The position numbers and the translations under genes are program-made. This document shows, one piece after another, positions 9,331 to 20,677 of a DNA stretch of 64,000 bases; the stretch's first letter is position 1; every line of letters starts with the position of its first letter. Location of the stretch: contig CAWFQB010000010.1 of NCBI GenBank assembly GCA_963817895.1, forward strand, positions 64,001 through 128,000, given 5' to 3'. The notes below the pieces were generated by a model. The model had not been told where the DNA came from. It was given only the letters and a program-made list of their open reading frames with translations, and did no database searches. The stretch is from an uncultured Chthonomonadaceae bacterium (GTDB lineage Bacteria; Armatimonadota; Chthonomonadetes; Chthonomonadales; Chthonomonadaceae).

Positions 9331-12300
9331 ATGACGACGCAGGCAAACAATTTCTATATCACGGGGGAACTCTGCCCCTGGACTCCGGCTCGTATGTGAC
9401 GCGGCAGGCGGACACGGAACTGCTGGAAGGACTGAAGCGCGGCGAGTTCTGCTATGTGCTGAACACGCGGCAGATGGGCAAGTCGTCGCTCATGGTGCGA
9501 ACGGCGCGCGACCTGCGAAAGATGGGCTGCCGCATCATTATCCTGGACCTGACGGCCATCGGCCAGAATTTGACTATCGAATAGTGGTACTCCGGGCTGG
9601 TGGGACGCATCGCGCAGCAAACCGACCGGGAGGACGAACTGCTCGACTTCTGGGAAGCGCATGCAACTCTGGGGCCGATGCAGCGATTTGTCGAAACCCT
9701 GCGCCGCGTTCTGTTGACGCGCAAGCCGTCCGGCGAGACAGGCAACGCGGCGGGAGTGGCGGAGGACGGCAGGCTTGTTTTGTTCATAGACGAGATTGAC
9801 GCGGTGCGCAGCCTGCCGTTTTCCACCGACGAGTTTTTCGCCGGCATCCGCGAGTGTTACAATCACAAGGCGACCGAGTTTGCGTTCAACAATCTTACCT
9901 TCTGTCTGCTGGGCATGGCGACGCCGAGCGATCTGATCCGCGATACCCGCGTCACTCCCTTCAACATCGGACAGCGTATCGAACTGCGCGACTTTACCCG
10001 CGAAGAAGCCCTGCCGCGAGCGGCAGGGCTGAAAATACAGCGCAGTGAACCGGAAGCGGAACTGCTGCTCGAGCGCGTTCTTTACTGGACGGGCGGGTAT
10101 CCCTACATGACGCAGCGCCTTTGCCGCGCCGTTGCCGACAGCCTGACCGCGCAGAGTGAAAGTCCGAATGTTTCGAGTTGGAGCGGCAAGCGGGACGGGA
10201 TCGAAGACGCCGCTCTGGTGGACAGCCTGTGTCAGCGTTTGTTTTTAACCCGAACGGCGCAGGAGACGGATGACAACCTGGCGTTCCGCGCGCGCGCCTG
10301 CTGCACAGCGAGGAAGACCGCGCGGCCCTGCTGGATTTGTACGGGCAGGTGCGGCGTGGTAAGCGGGTACGGGATGATGAAACGAACCCCCTGTGTCCCA
10401 TACTGCGGCTGTCGGGCGTGGTGAAGGCGTCGGGCGGCGCGCTGCTCCTGCGCAACGCGATTTACGCGCGCGTGTTCGATGCCGCCTGGATTGCCGAGTA
10501 CATGCCGGATGCCGAAGTGAGGCGGCAGAAACGCGCGTTTCGGCGGGGCGTTTTGCGAACCGCAGCCGTGTTCGGCAGCCTGACCCTTGTGATTGGCGCG
10601 TTGCTGTTCGTCGCCGTTGTGAACGCGAAGCGCGCCCACGTTGCCGAAGCCGACGCGCAGAAGCAGGCGGCGTATGCCCGCGAACAGGCGGATTATGCCC
10701 GCGAGCAAGCGCAGGCCGCTTCCCAATTGCTCTACGACGCGAACATGAACCAGGTACAGCATGATTGGGAACTGGGAAATTTAACAGTCGCGAACGGCCT
10801 GCTGCAAGAGACGAAAGACAGCCCGGCGTGCGGTTTCGAGTGGGAGTATTGGAACCGCCTGCAAAACGAGTACGCCGCGCCCCTCCCCACGACAAACTTG
10901 TTCTGGGCATTGATCGCGCCGGACAATCGCACACTGGGGGTAATCACGCGGGAGGAACAATCCCCGGAAAAAGGCCGCTTTACCGCGCGGGATTTGTTCA
11001 CCGGAATTGCGCGGTTTTCCACTCCGGCGCGTTGTCTTGTATCGCCGTCCCTGGCGTATTCGCCGGACGGCAGCCGCCTGCTGCTGTGCGTCGGCAAAAC
11101 CGTGGAAGTGAGGGACGCGCAGAACGGACGGCTGCTGCAAATGGTTCCCGCGCGACAGGAGGACGTTCTCACCTTCCAGTTCACGAGGGACGGCGCGGCG
11201 ATTCTGGTGGCGCGAACCGGGGGATTGCTGACGCTTTGGGATTGTCACACGGAAAGAACGCTATGGGAACGCAAAATACCTGTAACAGATAGGGTCTGCA
11301 TTGTCACGAGTGATAAGAGCGCGGCTACAATTATAGCAACAGGCGAATATACAGGCGTGATGCAGATTTGGGATATTGCAGCCGGCGACGAATTGTACCG
11401 TAATGACCGGAATTTCAATTGCGGGCCGCTTGCCTTTTCGCCCGATGGCCGCTTTCTTGTGGGAAGGCAAGCGGAGATGGGATTGAAATCCTTGAACTGT
11501 CAACGCGCGCGCTGCGAAATCTCTTCGACCCTCCCGGCCCCGCCTATTCCTACCACTTTTCCCGGATAAACGTCGGCTGACAGTGGGCTATGCGGGGCGC
11601 ATTTGTACCTATGATATGTCGTCAGGCCGCCTTCTGAGCGACCCTCCCAAGTCCAGTACCGGCTGTGACGAGGTATGTATTTCCCCGAATGGCCGCTTCG
11701 CGCTTCGCGCCGAGAGAGATGACAAATTTCACTTTGTCCGAACCACGCCCCGCGCCGCTTCCCTGCGCCTGATTCCGCCTTCCGCGCCGCAAGTCCTGCC
11801 TGATGGCAAATCGCGTCGCGCTCCGCTGTGGAGAAGTCGTTACTCGCCCGACGGCCGGCGGCTGGCGACCCCCTGTGGGGATGGCAACGTGTATCTATGG
11901 GACACCGGCACGGGGAAATTGCTTCAAACGCTGCGAGGCGACGGGGTACGGGCGAATGTCGCCGCGTTTTCCCACGATGGCAGCCGCCTTGCCGTAGGCG
12001 ACGATGCGGGCCGGATCAGCCTGTGGGATTTGCAAGCCGGGAAGCGCCTGATTCAATTTCGCGCCCACATCAGGCTGAACACCCATATACCGGACCAAAC
12101 AGGACTGGTCAACGATATACGCTTCACTTTGGATGATCGGCAGTTACTCACAGCCGGCGACGACTTCACCGCGAAAATATGGGACTTGGCGGCGGGAAGC
12201 GGAACCGCGCCACGCCTGCATATCGCGCTGCAAGGGCATACCTATGCCGTGGAGTGTTTCCTACTTGCTCCTGACGGCGCCACTCTGCTGACGGGCAGTG

Positions 12301-12716
12301 ATGATGGAACGGCAAAACTGTGGGAGCGCCGTACCGGGCGTCTGCTGGCTACCTTCAAGTCGTCGGCGGAAATCTGGAGCGCGGCGTTTTCGCCGGATGG
12401 CAGGCAGATTGCCCTTGCCACGCTGTATAAAACCGCTGAAGTATGGGACATCGGCACACATCGGAAACTTCACACCCTCAGCGGGCATCTGGATTGGGTG
12501 ACGGATGTGGCCTACTCGCCGGACGGCAAGCGCATCATAACGAGCAGCAGAGACAAAACGGTGAAACTGTGGGACGCGCAAACGGGCCGGGAACTGCTCA
12601 CGCTGCGCGGGCATACCAAACAGGTTATCAGCGTCGCCTTTTCTCCGAACGGGCGTCAAATCGCCACATCCGGTTCCGATGGAATCGCGCGTCTGTGGAA
12701 TACCGATACCAACTAA
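9331..12716 (+). CDS. AAA_35-like ATPase - single TM helix - WD40 beta-propeller protein; several frameshifts and one in-frame TAG
   Basis: [12 protein letters not shown]...SYVTRQAD, Walker A RQMGKSS, Walker [42 protein letters not shown]; many GH...FSPDG...W(D) WD40 repeats. Confidence 0.85.
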
Positions 12717-12821
12717 TACAGGCTGCTTGAAGTTGGACGCGCACGTCATCTGGCGCGCTGTGTCCCGTTCATGGCTAAAGACAGGAAAAATCAGGTTCTT
12801 CCCCGTGTTCCCTGTGGTCTA

Positions 12822-13817
12822 TCATTCCCCTGGTTGCGCGAAGTGGCAGGCGGCGAACTGTCCATCACCCATTGCGCGTAGCGCGGGAACTTCCTGTGCG
12901 CAAATCTCCTGCGCGAGGGGACAGCGGGTTCGGAAACGGCAGCCGGAAGGCACATCAACGGGGGAAGGCACGTCGCCTTCCAGTAGCGGTCGGTCGTGGC
13001 GCAACGCGGGATCGGCAATGGGCGCGGATGCAAGCAGCAGTTGCGTATACGGGTGTTTGGGCAGGGAAAAGACGCGCTCGCTCGGCCCCTCTTCCACAAT
13101 CACGCCAAGATACATTACGCACACGCGGTCACAGAAATGCCGCACGATAGACAGGTCATGCGCGATAAACAGGTACGCCAATCCGCGCTCCGCCTGAATG
13201 TCGGACAGCAAATTCAGTATCTGCGCCCGAATCGAGACATCGAGGGCGGAAATCGGCTCGTCCAGTATCAGCAGTTTGGGATTGGTGGCGAGGGCGCGGG
13301 CAATCCCGATGCGCTGCCGCTGTCCGCCCGAAAATTCATGCCCGTAGCGCGTGGCGAATTCGGGACGCAGCCCGACATTTTGCAGCAGTTCGCGGGCGCG
13401 TTCCAATCCCTCCTGCCGCGAAGTCACCAGTTTGTGGGCGCGTAACGGCTCGGCTACAATGTCGCCGATCATCATGCGCGGGTCCAGAGCGGCATACGGG
13501 TCCTGAAAGACGATGTTCATGCGCTGCCGCATCCGGCGCAAACCTTCGCCCTGCAACGCCAGCACGTTTTCGCCCTCCAGGTGTACCTGCCCGCCTGTCG
13601 GCTGCAACAGCCGCAGAATGGCCCGTCCCGCCGTGCTTTTGCCACAGCCGCTTTCCCCCACCAGTCCAACCGTCTCTTTCGCGCCAACGGTCAGATCAAT
13701 GCCATCCACTGCCCGCACGGTTTTTATCGCCATGCGCCAGCCCTGCCGCTGATGTATATGAAAGTGCTTGACCAATCCCTGTACCGTCAGCAGCGTTCCC
13801 GCTTCAGCATGTCTCAC
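12822..13817 (-). CDS. Oligopeptide/dipeptide ABC transporter ATP-binding protein (OppF/DppF-like)
   Basis: GESGCGKST, FSGGQRQR, ILDEP, HPYT and C-terminal Cys cluster. Confidence 0.92.
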   Translation of the reverse strand: MRHAEAGTLLTVQGLVKHFHIHQRQGWRMAIKTVRAVDGIDLTVGAKETVGLVGESGCGKSTAGRAILRLLQPTGGQVHLEGENVLALQGEGLRRMRQRMNIVFQDPYAALDPRMMIGDIVAEPLRAHKLVTSRQEGLERARELLQNVGLRPEFATRYGHEFSGGQRQRIGIARALATNPKLLILDEPISALDVSIRAQILNLLSDIQAERGLAYLFIAHDLSIVRHFCDRVCVMYLGVIVEEGPSERVFSLPKHPYTQLLLASAPIADPALRHDRPLLEGDVPSPVDVPSGCRFRTRCPLAQEICAQEVPALRAMGDGQFAACHFAQPGE

Positions 13818-13893
13818 GTTTCTGCTCCTCGATTCAAAAACTTGTCGTTTGGCCTCTCACCTGAAACCTTAAAACCATAGAACCCTGAAAACT

Positions 13894-14865
13894 TTACCCG
13901 CCGTACAAATAACAGCGTGTGGTTTGCCCCGGTTCGGGTTCGGTGTATTCGGGTTCTCGCGTGGGACAAATAGCCATACGATGCGGGCAACGGGGCGTGA
14001 AGGGGCAGCCGGGGGGAAGATGCGCGAGATCGGGCGGCTGTCCGGCGATTGTGGACAGGCGGCGCGAACCGGCCTGCTGGAACTGCGGCAGGCTGGCAAG
14101 CAGTCCCTGCGTATACGGGTGTTTGGGCGCGCGGAATATCTGCTCCACGCTGCCGCTTTCCACCAGCATACCCGCGTACATCACCAAAACGCGATCACAC
14201 ACTTCGGCCACAACCCCTAAATCGTGCGTAATCAGCACAATGCCCGTATCGGTCTGCTTTTGCATCCCGGCCATCAGCGCCAGCACCTGCGCCTGAACGG
14301 TCACGTCCAGCGCGGTTGTCGGCTCGTCGGCTATAAGAAGTTCGGGGTTGCAGGCAAAGGCCATCGCGATCATCACGCGCTGCCGCTGCCCGCCCGAAAT
14401 TTCGTGCGGGTACTGCCGCAAACGCAGTTCCGGGTTGGGAATACGCATATCGCGGAATAGCTGCAACACGCGGTCACGCGCTTCACTCCTGCTTGCGCCC
14501 CGATGCAGACGGATAGGTTCCGCAACCTGCGTCCCCAGTGTCATAGTCGGGTTCAGGCACGAAAACGGGTCCTGAAACACCATTGCCATGCGCGAACCGC
14601 GCAATTTCTGCATCTCCCGCGCCGATTTGTCGACAAGTTCCACGCCATCTAATTTGACTGAGCCACCCGTGATTTTGCCCGGCGGTGAGGGGATCAGCCC
14701 CATAATGGACAGCGACGTAACGCTTTTGCCCGATCCCGACTCGCCCACAATGCCAACGGTTTCGCCCCGCGCCACCTGAAACGTCACGCCGCGAACGGCC
14801 TGCACCTTCCCCCCGGGCGTTTGAAACTCCGTGCGTAGATTTTCCACTTCCAGTAACGCGCTCAT
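13894..14865 (-). CDS. Oligopeptide/dipeptide ABC transporter ATP-binding protein (OppD/DppD-like)
   Basis: GESGSGKSVT, ISGGQRQR, ADEPTTALD, HPYT. Confidence 0.92.
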   Translation of the reverse strand: MSALLEVENLRTEFQTPGGKVQAVRGVTFQVARGETVGIVGESGSGKSVTSLSIMGLIPSPPGKITGGSVKLDGVELVDKSAREMQKLRGSRMAMVFQDPFSCLNPTMTLGTQVAEPIRLHRGASRSEARDRVLQLFRDMRIPNPELRLRQYPHEISGGQRQRVMIAMAFACNPELLIADEPTTALDVTVQAQVLALMAGMQKQTDTGIVLITHDLGVVAEVCDRVLVMYAGMLVESGSVEQIFRAPKHPYTQGLLASLPQFQQAGSRRLSTIAGQPPDLAHLPPGCPFTPRCPHRMAICPTREPEYTEPEPGQTTRCYLYGG

Positions 14866-14987
14866 GCGGTTTCCCTCTTTACAGCATACGCCTTATTTAA
14901 CAACACGCCTTCAGGGTCTGTAAATCTAAATCTTTCCGGCAGACACAACATGTTGTGTCCCTACATTGGGGAACTTGCTCTTTATCG

Positions 14988-15024
14988 CAAAACGCCCCCA
15001 TTGCAGTTGCAAATGAGGGCGCTC
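14988..15024 (-). terminator. Probable intrinsic terminator after rplA
   Basis: Minus strand GCGCCCTCATTTGCAACTGCAATGGGGGCG followed by TTTT. Confidence 0.55.
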
Positions 15025-15058
15025 GGCTTGTTCAGGTTAAAACGATTGCACACGATGA

Positions 15059-15872
15059 TTACTGGCGTTCGAGCAATTTTGCCATGACCGCTGTATCAAT
15101 TTGCAGGCTCGGCCCCATCGTGGACGTGAGCGTGATTTTCTTCACGTACTTGCCTTTCGCGGCGGCAGGCTTGGCCTTTATCAGCGCGTTCAGCAGGGCG
15201 GTGAAGTTGGCATGAAGGTGTTCGACCGGATAGCTGGCTTTGCCAATCGGCGCGTGAACGATGCCGTTTTTATCCACGCGGAACTCGGCTCGCGTCGCGC
15301 CTTTAATGTCGCGCACAACCTGTCCGATGTTGGGGCTGACCGTTCCGGCTTTGGGGTTGGGCATTTTCTGCTTCAGAATCTGACCCAGGCGACCCACGAG
15401 CGGCATCATGTCCGGGGAAGCGACCAGAATATCGCACGACGCGCCGCCCTCTTTCTGGATGCGCTCCACCAAATCTTCCGCGCCCACGAAGTCCGCGCCC
15501 GCCGCCTGCGCATCGGCGGCTTTTTCGCCCCGCGCAAACACCCACACTACGCGCGTTTTGCCCGTGCCATGCGGCAGGTTGGTTGTGCCGCGCACCATCT
15601 GATCGCCATGCCGGGGATCAACGCCCAGGTTAATAGCCGTTTCCACCGTTTCATCGAACTTGGCCGTCGCCAGTTCCTTGACGCGGGCAAAGGCCGCATC
15701 CGGTTCCATCAACTCCGTTACATCTACGCCTTTGGCAATCGCCAGAAATCGCTTGCTGTGCTTGGCGCGATTATGTTTCGCCTGACGCCGCGCTGCGGTC
15801 GAAAGTCCATGCTTTTCCGCTTTGCCGTCATCCATCGTTGCGTTGCGGGGCGGTTGTTTCTACATCTGCCAT
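15059..15872 (-). CDS. rplA: 50S ribosomal protein L1
   Basis: AKFDETVE, LPHGTGK, MPNPKAGTV, STMGP. RBS-supported ATG at 15872 needs one frameshift; the in-frame ORF starts at 15835. Confidence 0.97.
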
Positions 15873-15887
15873 TGTGTTTGTTCTCCT

Positions 15888-15921
15888 GTGGTAGTAGCGG
15901 AGCCGAAGAGACTCCTTCCAC
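15888..15921 (-). promoter_or_regulatory. L1-binding autoregulatory leader upstream of rplA
   Basis: GTGGAAGGAG...CTCCGCTACTACCAC just before AGGAG, resembling the known GTGGGAG...CCGCTA..ACCAC L1 target. Confidence 0.65.
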
Positions 15922-15926
15922 GAGTG

Positions 15927-16000
15927 GGAAGATAAGAGATACAGAGGGAAGAGCAGTTTGTGCATTTTACTCGTATCTCGTATCTCCTATCTCTTATCTT
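15927..16000. repeat. Inverted heptamer array (GAGATA[C/A] / GTATCTC)
   Basis: gataagagatacag ... ctcgtatctcgtatctcctatctcttatc. Confidence 0.7.
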
Positions 16001-16388
16001 TCTTTTCTTCTTTCGTCGGTGTCAGCATCTGCCGATCCGAATTGGGTTCCAGAGTGCGCTGTCCGATTTGGGACCAGACGAGGGTGATAATCAGCAATCC
16101 CCATAGCCCCAGGCCATACGCCACGCCGTTGACAACATTGCGCGTATTGTTCGCGTTGAACAGCACGTTCGCCATCACTTGCAGACACGCCATGCCCGCA
16201 AATGCGGCCAGCAAACCTGTCCATACCGATTTGAAATAAAAGCGACCTTTGCGCCGATCCTGCTGCTGCGTGGCGACGTGGTAAGGCAGCGATCCATCAA
16301 GGCGCGTAACGCGCTCACGTAACGCCATCCATAACATCGCGAACAGACTGAGTATAAACAAACTCACCGCAGCAGAGGAAACAACCAT
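15987..16388 (-). CDS. Hypothetical membrane protein (3 hydrophobic segments) between rplK and rplA
   Basis: 133-aa ORF, AAGGAG RBS, three TM-like stretches. Confidence 0.65.
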   Translation of the reverse strand: MVVSSAAVSLFILSLFAMLWMALRERVTRLDGSLPYHVATQQQDRRKGRFYFKSVWTGLLAAFAGMACLQVMANVLFNANNTRNVVNGVAYGLGLWGLLIITLVWSQIGQRTLEPNSDRQMLTPTKEEKKDKR

Positions 16389-16407
16389 CGTGTCGCTCCT
16401 TTTCAGA

Positions 16408-16520
16408 TCAGGTTGTTAGTTGTTAGGTTGTTAGGTTGTTAGGTTAAAACACTTCAGTTCCTATCAAACTACCGTATCTCGGCAACCTGATAACCTAACA
16501 ACTAACAACCTAACAACCTA
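16408..16520. repeat. Inverted array GTTGTTA(G) / CTAACAAC
   Basis: About four units per arm; includes the rplK TAG. Confidence 0.85.
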
Positions 16521-16940
16521 TGCCACATCTACTCCCATTGAACGGGCTGTGCCGGCAATGATTTTCATCGCGCCCTCAATGTCGTTGGCGTTCAGGTCGG
16601 GCATTTTCTGCTCGGCGATCTGACGGATTTGCTCCTGTGTCAGGCTGCCGACCTTTTCGCGGTTGGGACGCCCGGAGCCTTTGGCGGCAGCCGCCATTTT
16701 CTTGATCAGGTCGGCGGCGGGCGGCGTTTTGGTAACAAAGGTGAATGAGCGGTCTTCATAAATGGTGATTTCAACCGGGATAATAGACCCGGCCTGCGCC
16801 GCTGTCTTTTCGTTGTATCCCTTGATGAACTCCATCATGTTGATGCCGTAGGGTCCAAGCGTGGAACCGACGGGCGGCGCGGGAGTCGCTTTGCCCGCGG
16901 CAATCTGAAGCTTGACAACAGCGGTAATTTTTTTTGCCAT
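16518..16940 (-). CDS. rplK: 50S ribosomal protein L11
   Basis: [32 protein letters not shown]. Confidence 0.98.
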   Translation of the reverse strand: MAKKITAVVKLQIAAGKATPAPPVGSTLGPYGINMMEFIKGYNEKTAAQAGSIIPVEITIYEDRSFTFVTKTPPAADLIKKMAAAAKGSGRPNREKVGSLTQEQIRQIAEQKMPDLNANDIEGAMKIIAGTARSMGVDVA

Positions 16941-16949
16941 GAGAGTCCT

Positions 16950-17504
16950 CTAAACTACTTTCTCCACCTGCGAGAAATCCAGTTCCACAGGCGTATCGCG
17001 TCCAAAGATGGAAATCAGCACTTTCAATTTTTCTTTGGCCGCTTCCACGTTTTCAATCTTGCCGGTAAATTCGGTGAAGGGGCCAGCCGTAACGCGCACG
17101 GTTTCGCCCTTTTCGTATTTGATGACCGCAACCGGAACCGTACCCTCCATCGCGCTGAGAATTTCTTTCACTTCATGCTGCGGCAGGGGGGTGGGGCGGT
17201 TGCCTGGTGGCGGGGGCGGAATAAAGCCGGTGACGCCGATTGTGGATTTGACCAGATACCAGGTGGTATCGTCCATTTCCATTTCAATCAGCACATAGCC
17301 GGGGTACAGCTTGCGCTTTACCTCGACTTTGGTGGACGGCTTGCCTGCTTTTCCCGCCCGCGACTTTACTTCCGTTTCGGTCGGCACAAGAATACGGTTG
17401 ATCTTTTCGCCCAGCTTCATTGTCCGAGCGCGTTGTTCGATGTTGGTCTTGACCTTGTTCTCGTGGCCCGAATAGGTATGGATAGCATACCACTGTCGTT
17501 GCAT
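16950..17504 (-). CDS. nusG: Transcription termination/antitermination factor NusG
   Basis: WYAIHTYSGHENKV, PGYVLIEM, KOW motif, IFGRDTPVEL. Confidence 0.98.
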   Translation of the reverse strand: MQRQWYAIHTYSGHENKVKTNIEQRARTMKLGEKINRILVPTETEVKSRAGKAGKPSTKVEVKRKLYPGYVLIEMEMDDTTWYLVKSTIGVTGFIPPPPPGNRPTPLPQHEVKEILSAMEGTVPVAVIKYEKGETVRVTAGPFTEFTGKIENVEAAKEKLKVLISIFGRDTPVELDFSQVEKVV

Positions 17505-17560
17505 GTTTCCTCCACCTTTAGCGCGCGGCGGGTTCCGGCGCAGTGATTGCGTCGGGCGAA

Positions 17561-17788
17561 TTACCCCCGGTGCAGGATGCGAGCAAAAATAGCTCCCAGT
17601 ATCACATCCATAATGCCCATATAAATGCCCAGCACAATAATGACGCCGATCACGATATAGGTCAATTTGAGGGCTTCAGGGCGCGTGGGCCACGTTGTTT
17701 TTTGCAGTTCCGTCAGCACTTCCTGCAAATAACTCGTCTTCTGCGGAGCCGCTTCTGCGACAATGGGACCGGGTTGTTCTACCGACAT
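17561..17788 (-). CDS. secE: Preprotein translocase subunit SecE
   Basis: ELQKTTWP plus a TM helix; lies between tRNA-Trp and nusG. Confidence 0.93.
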   Translation of the reverse strand: MSVEQPGPIVAEAAPQKTSYLQEVLTELQKTTWPTRPEALKLTYIVIGVIIVLGIYMGIMDVILGAIFARILHRG

Positions 17789-17807
17789 GGCTGCACCTGT
17801 AAATTCA

Positions 17808-17880
17808 GGGGGTAGGGAGTGGGGAGTAGGGAGTAGGACAATTGTTTTTCCTACTCCCTACTCTCTACCATCTACTTCCT
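17808..17880. repeat. Inverted heptamer array GGGAGT[A/G] / CTACTCC
   Basis: ggtagggagtggggagtagggagtagg ... cctactccctactctctacc. Confidence 0.8.
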
Positions 17881-17959
17881 ATAACGTGGGCGGGAAATCG
17901 TACGGAAATCTTCCTGTAGCGACTTCCCGCCCGGTTTGTGTGGCGCGACGCGCCGAAAA

Positions 17960-18035
<76 letters not shown>

Positions 18036-18045
18036 AGGAAGAGGC

Positions 18046-18122
18046 AAGAGATACGAGATACGAGATACGAGAAGCATGCAGCTTCTCTTACCTTGTATCT
18101 CCTATCTCCTATCTCGTATCTA
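18046..18122. repeat. Inverted heptamer array GAGATAC / [G/C]TATCTC
   Basis: gagatac x3 ... gtatctcctatctcctatctcgtatc; includes the rpmG TAG. Confidence 0.85.
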
Positions 18123-18290
18123 CTTCGCTTCCCGATGAAGCGTATGTTTGCGACAGGTGGGACGCGGGCAATATTTGTTGAGTTCCATGCGCGCCTGATG
18201 CTTGATACGGTTCTTGGAAGTCGTATAGTTTCGTGAACGACAGACGGTGCATGCCATATTGATGACGATGCGTGTGTCTTTCTGTGCCAT
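18120..18290 (-). CDS. rpmG: 50S ribosomal protein L33 (Zn-binding form)
   Basis: Manual translation MAQKDTRIVINMACTVCRSRNYTTSKNRIKHQARMELNKYCPRPTCRKHTLHREAK. Confidence 0.96.
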   Translation of the reverse strand: MAQKDTRIVINMACTVCRSRNYTTSKNRIKHQARMELNKYCPRPTCRKHTLHREAK

Positions 18291-18354
18291 GTTGGGTTAT
18301 CCAATAAAGCGTAACCGTCAGGACTGGCCCGGCGATTACGCGGAAACGCGCCGA

Positions 18355-19554
<1,200 letters not shown>

Positions 19555-19681
19555 TTTCTCAAATTTCTCCCATTTCAATACTCAGCCGACCTTGCGACCG
19601 ACTGCAACAACCTGACAATGCGCTCAACCTAAAACGTTTGTAACACTTACGAGCGAAGACAACATTGTCAGTAGTTAGACC

Positions 19682-19753
19682 GGCCCACAATGGGAATCGG
19701 ACCCATGACCTCTTCTTTACCAAAGAAGTGCTCTGCCTCTGAGCTATGTGGGC
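19682..19753 (-). tRNA. tRNA-Thr(GGT), CCA not encoded
   Basis: GCCCACA/TGTGGGC acceptor stem, anticodon loop TTGGTAA. Confidence 0.92.
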
Positions 19754-19759
19754 GGGGTG

Positions 19760-19832
19760 TTGGCAGGGAGTAGGTTGTAGGGAGTGGGGAGTAGAAAACG
19801 AACTTCCTACTCCCTACAACCTACTCCCTGCG
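19760..19832. repeat. Inverted heptamer array between the tRNAs
   Basis: gcagggagtaggttgtagggagt ... actccctacaacctactccctgc. Confidence 0.8.
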
Positions 19833-19833
19833 C

Positions 19834-19918
19834 TGGTGGCGAGAAGAGGATTCGAACCTCTGAAGTTAAAAACAACTGATTTACAGTCAGTCCCCGTTGG
19901 CCGCTTGGGTATCTCGCC
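19834..19918 (-). tRNA. tRNA-Tyr(GTA)
   Basis: 85 nt, GGCGAGA acceptor, CTGTAAA loop, long variable arm, CCA end. Confidence 0.96.
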
Positions 19919-19930
19919 ACGTCTTGAAAT

Positions 19931-19997
19931 AGTGAGAGTGGAGAGTGAGAGTGAAAGAACAAGATTTTACTCTCACTCTCACTCTCCACTCTCACTA
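19931..19997. repeat. Inverted hexamer array GAGAGT / ACTCTC
   Basis: agtgagagtggagagtgagagtg ... ctctcactctcactctccactctcact. Confidence 0.8.
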
Positions 19998-20091
19998 CAA
20001 TTTGTATGACAGTTGCCCTCCTGTAAATGGTTGCACTGTCGCCACACAAAGTTTTACTCGGAGAACGAAAGTTCTACCGAGTGTATGATGA

Positions 20092-20120
20092 ATTATAGCA
20101 CAGGGTTTGGGGAAAGTCAA
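20092..20120 (-). promoter_or_regulatory. Sigma70-type promoter of the tRNA-tuf operon
   Basis: TTGACT-17 nt-TATAAT with extended TG. Confidence 0.8.
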
Positions 20121-20677
20121 GGCGGAAGCGGAAGGTTGACCGCGCGACTTTTCACGGATTTCTGTGTAAGATGATAGTTCTTCATTCTTAAGGCAGAAGT
20201 TTTCTTCACTGACAGCAATTGTCAGATGCGGAACGGAAAAAGATTGCTGCGTTTTCAGCGCGATAAAATAAATACGATTATTTTTGAAACTGGTAAAATT
20301 TTCCTCATTTTTCTGTCGAATTAGCCCGAATGTACGTTATAATGAACCATTGCCGCGTTGCAGTTCTAAACGCTCCGCAACGCAGCGTTGCCCCGATGCT
20401 CCTGCTTGGAACACCTCGCCGTTTTCCCAATTTCTAATTTCATTGTTTGTTATTGTTTGTTGTTGCCCCGCGACCGGCAACAACGCTCATCGTGAGCGTT
20501 GTTTTGCCTGCCCACGCCTCCGAACGCCTGCCCGCGTTCAATGAGGTTGACACGTTCACTCTTGTTGTGTGACGCGCTTCACGGCGGCAAAGGATTCGAC
20601 CGGGATATACTGTTCCTGTCGAACATACCGACAATCAAGCAATGATAATCTCCTGTATTGAAAGGCGAAACCGGCTC

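Noticed and set aside
16408..16520. Repeat arrays as a CRISPR array
   Set aside because: Units are 6-8 nt, tandem and inverted, with no 25-45-nt repeat/spacer alternation and no cas genes in the window.
19682..20120. tRNA genes as an integration site for a genomic island
   Set aside because: No integrase, and I saw no duplicated tRNA 3' end in the window.
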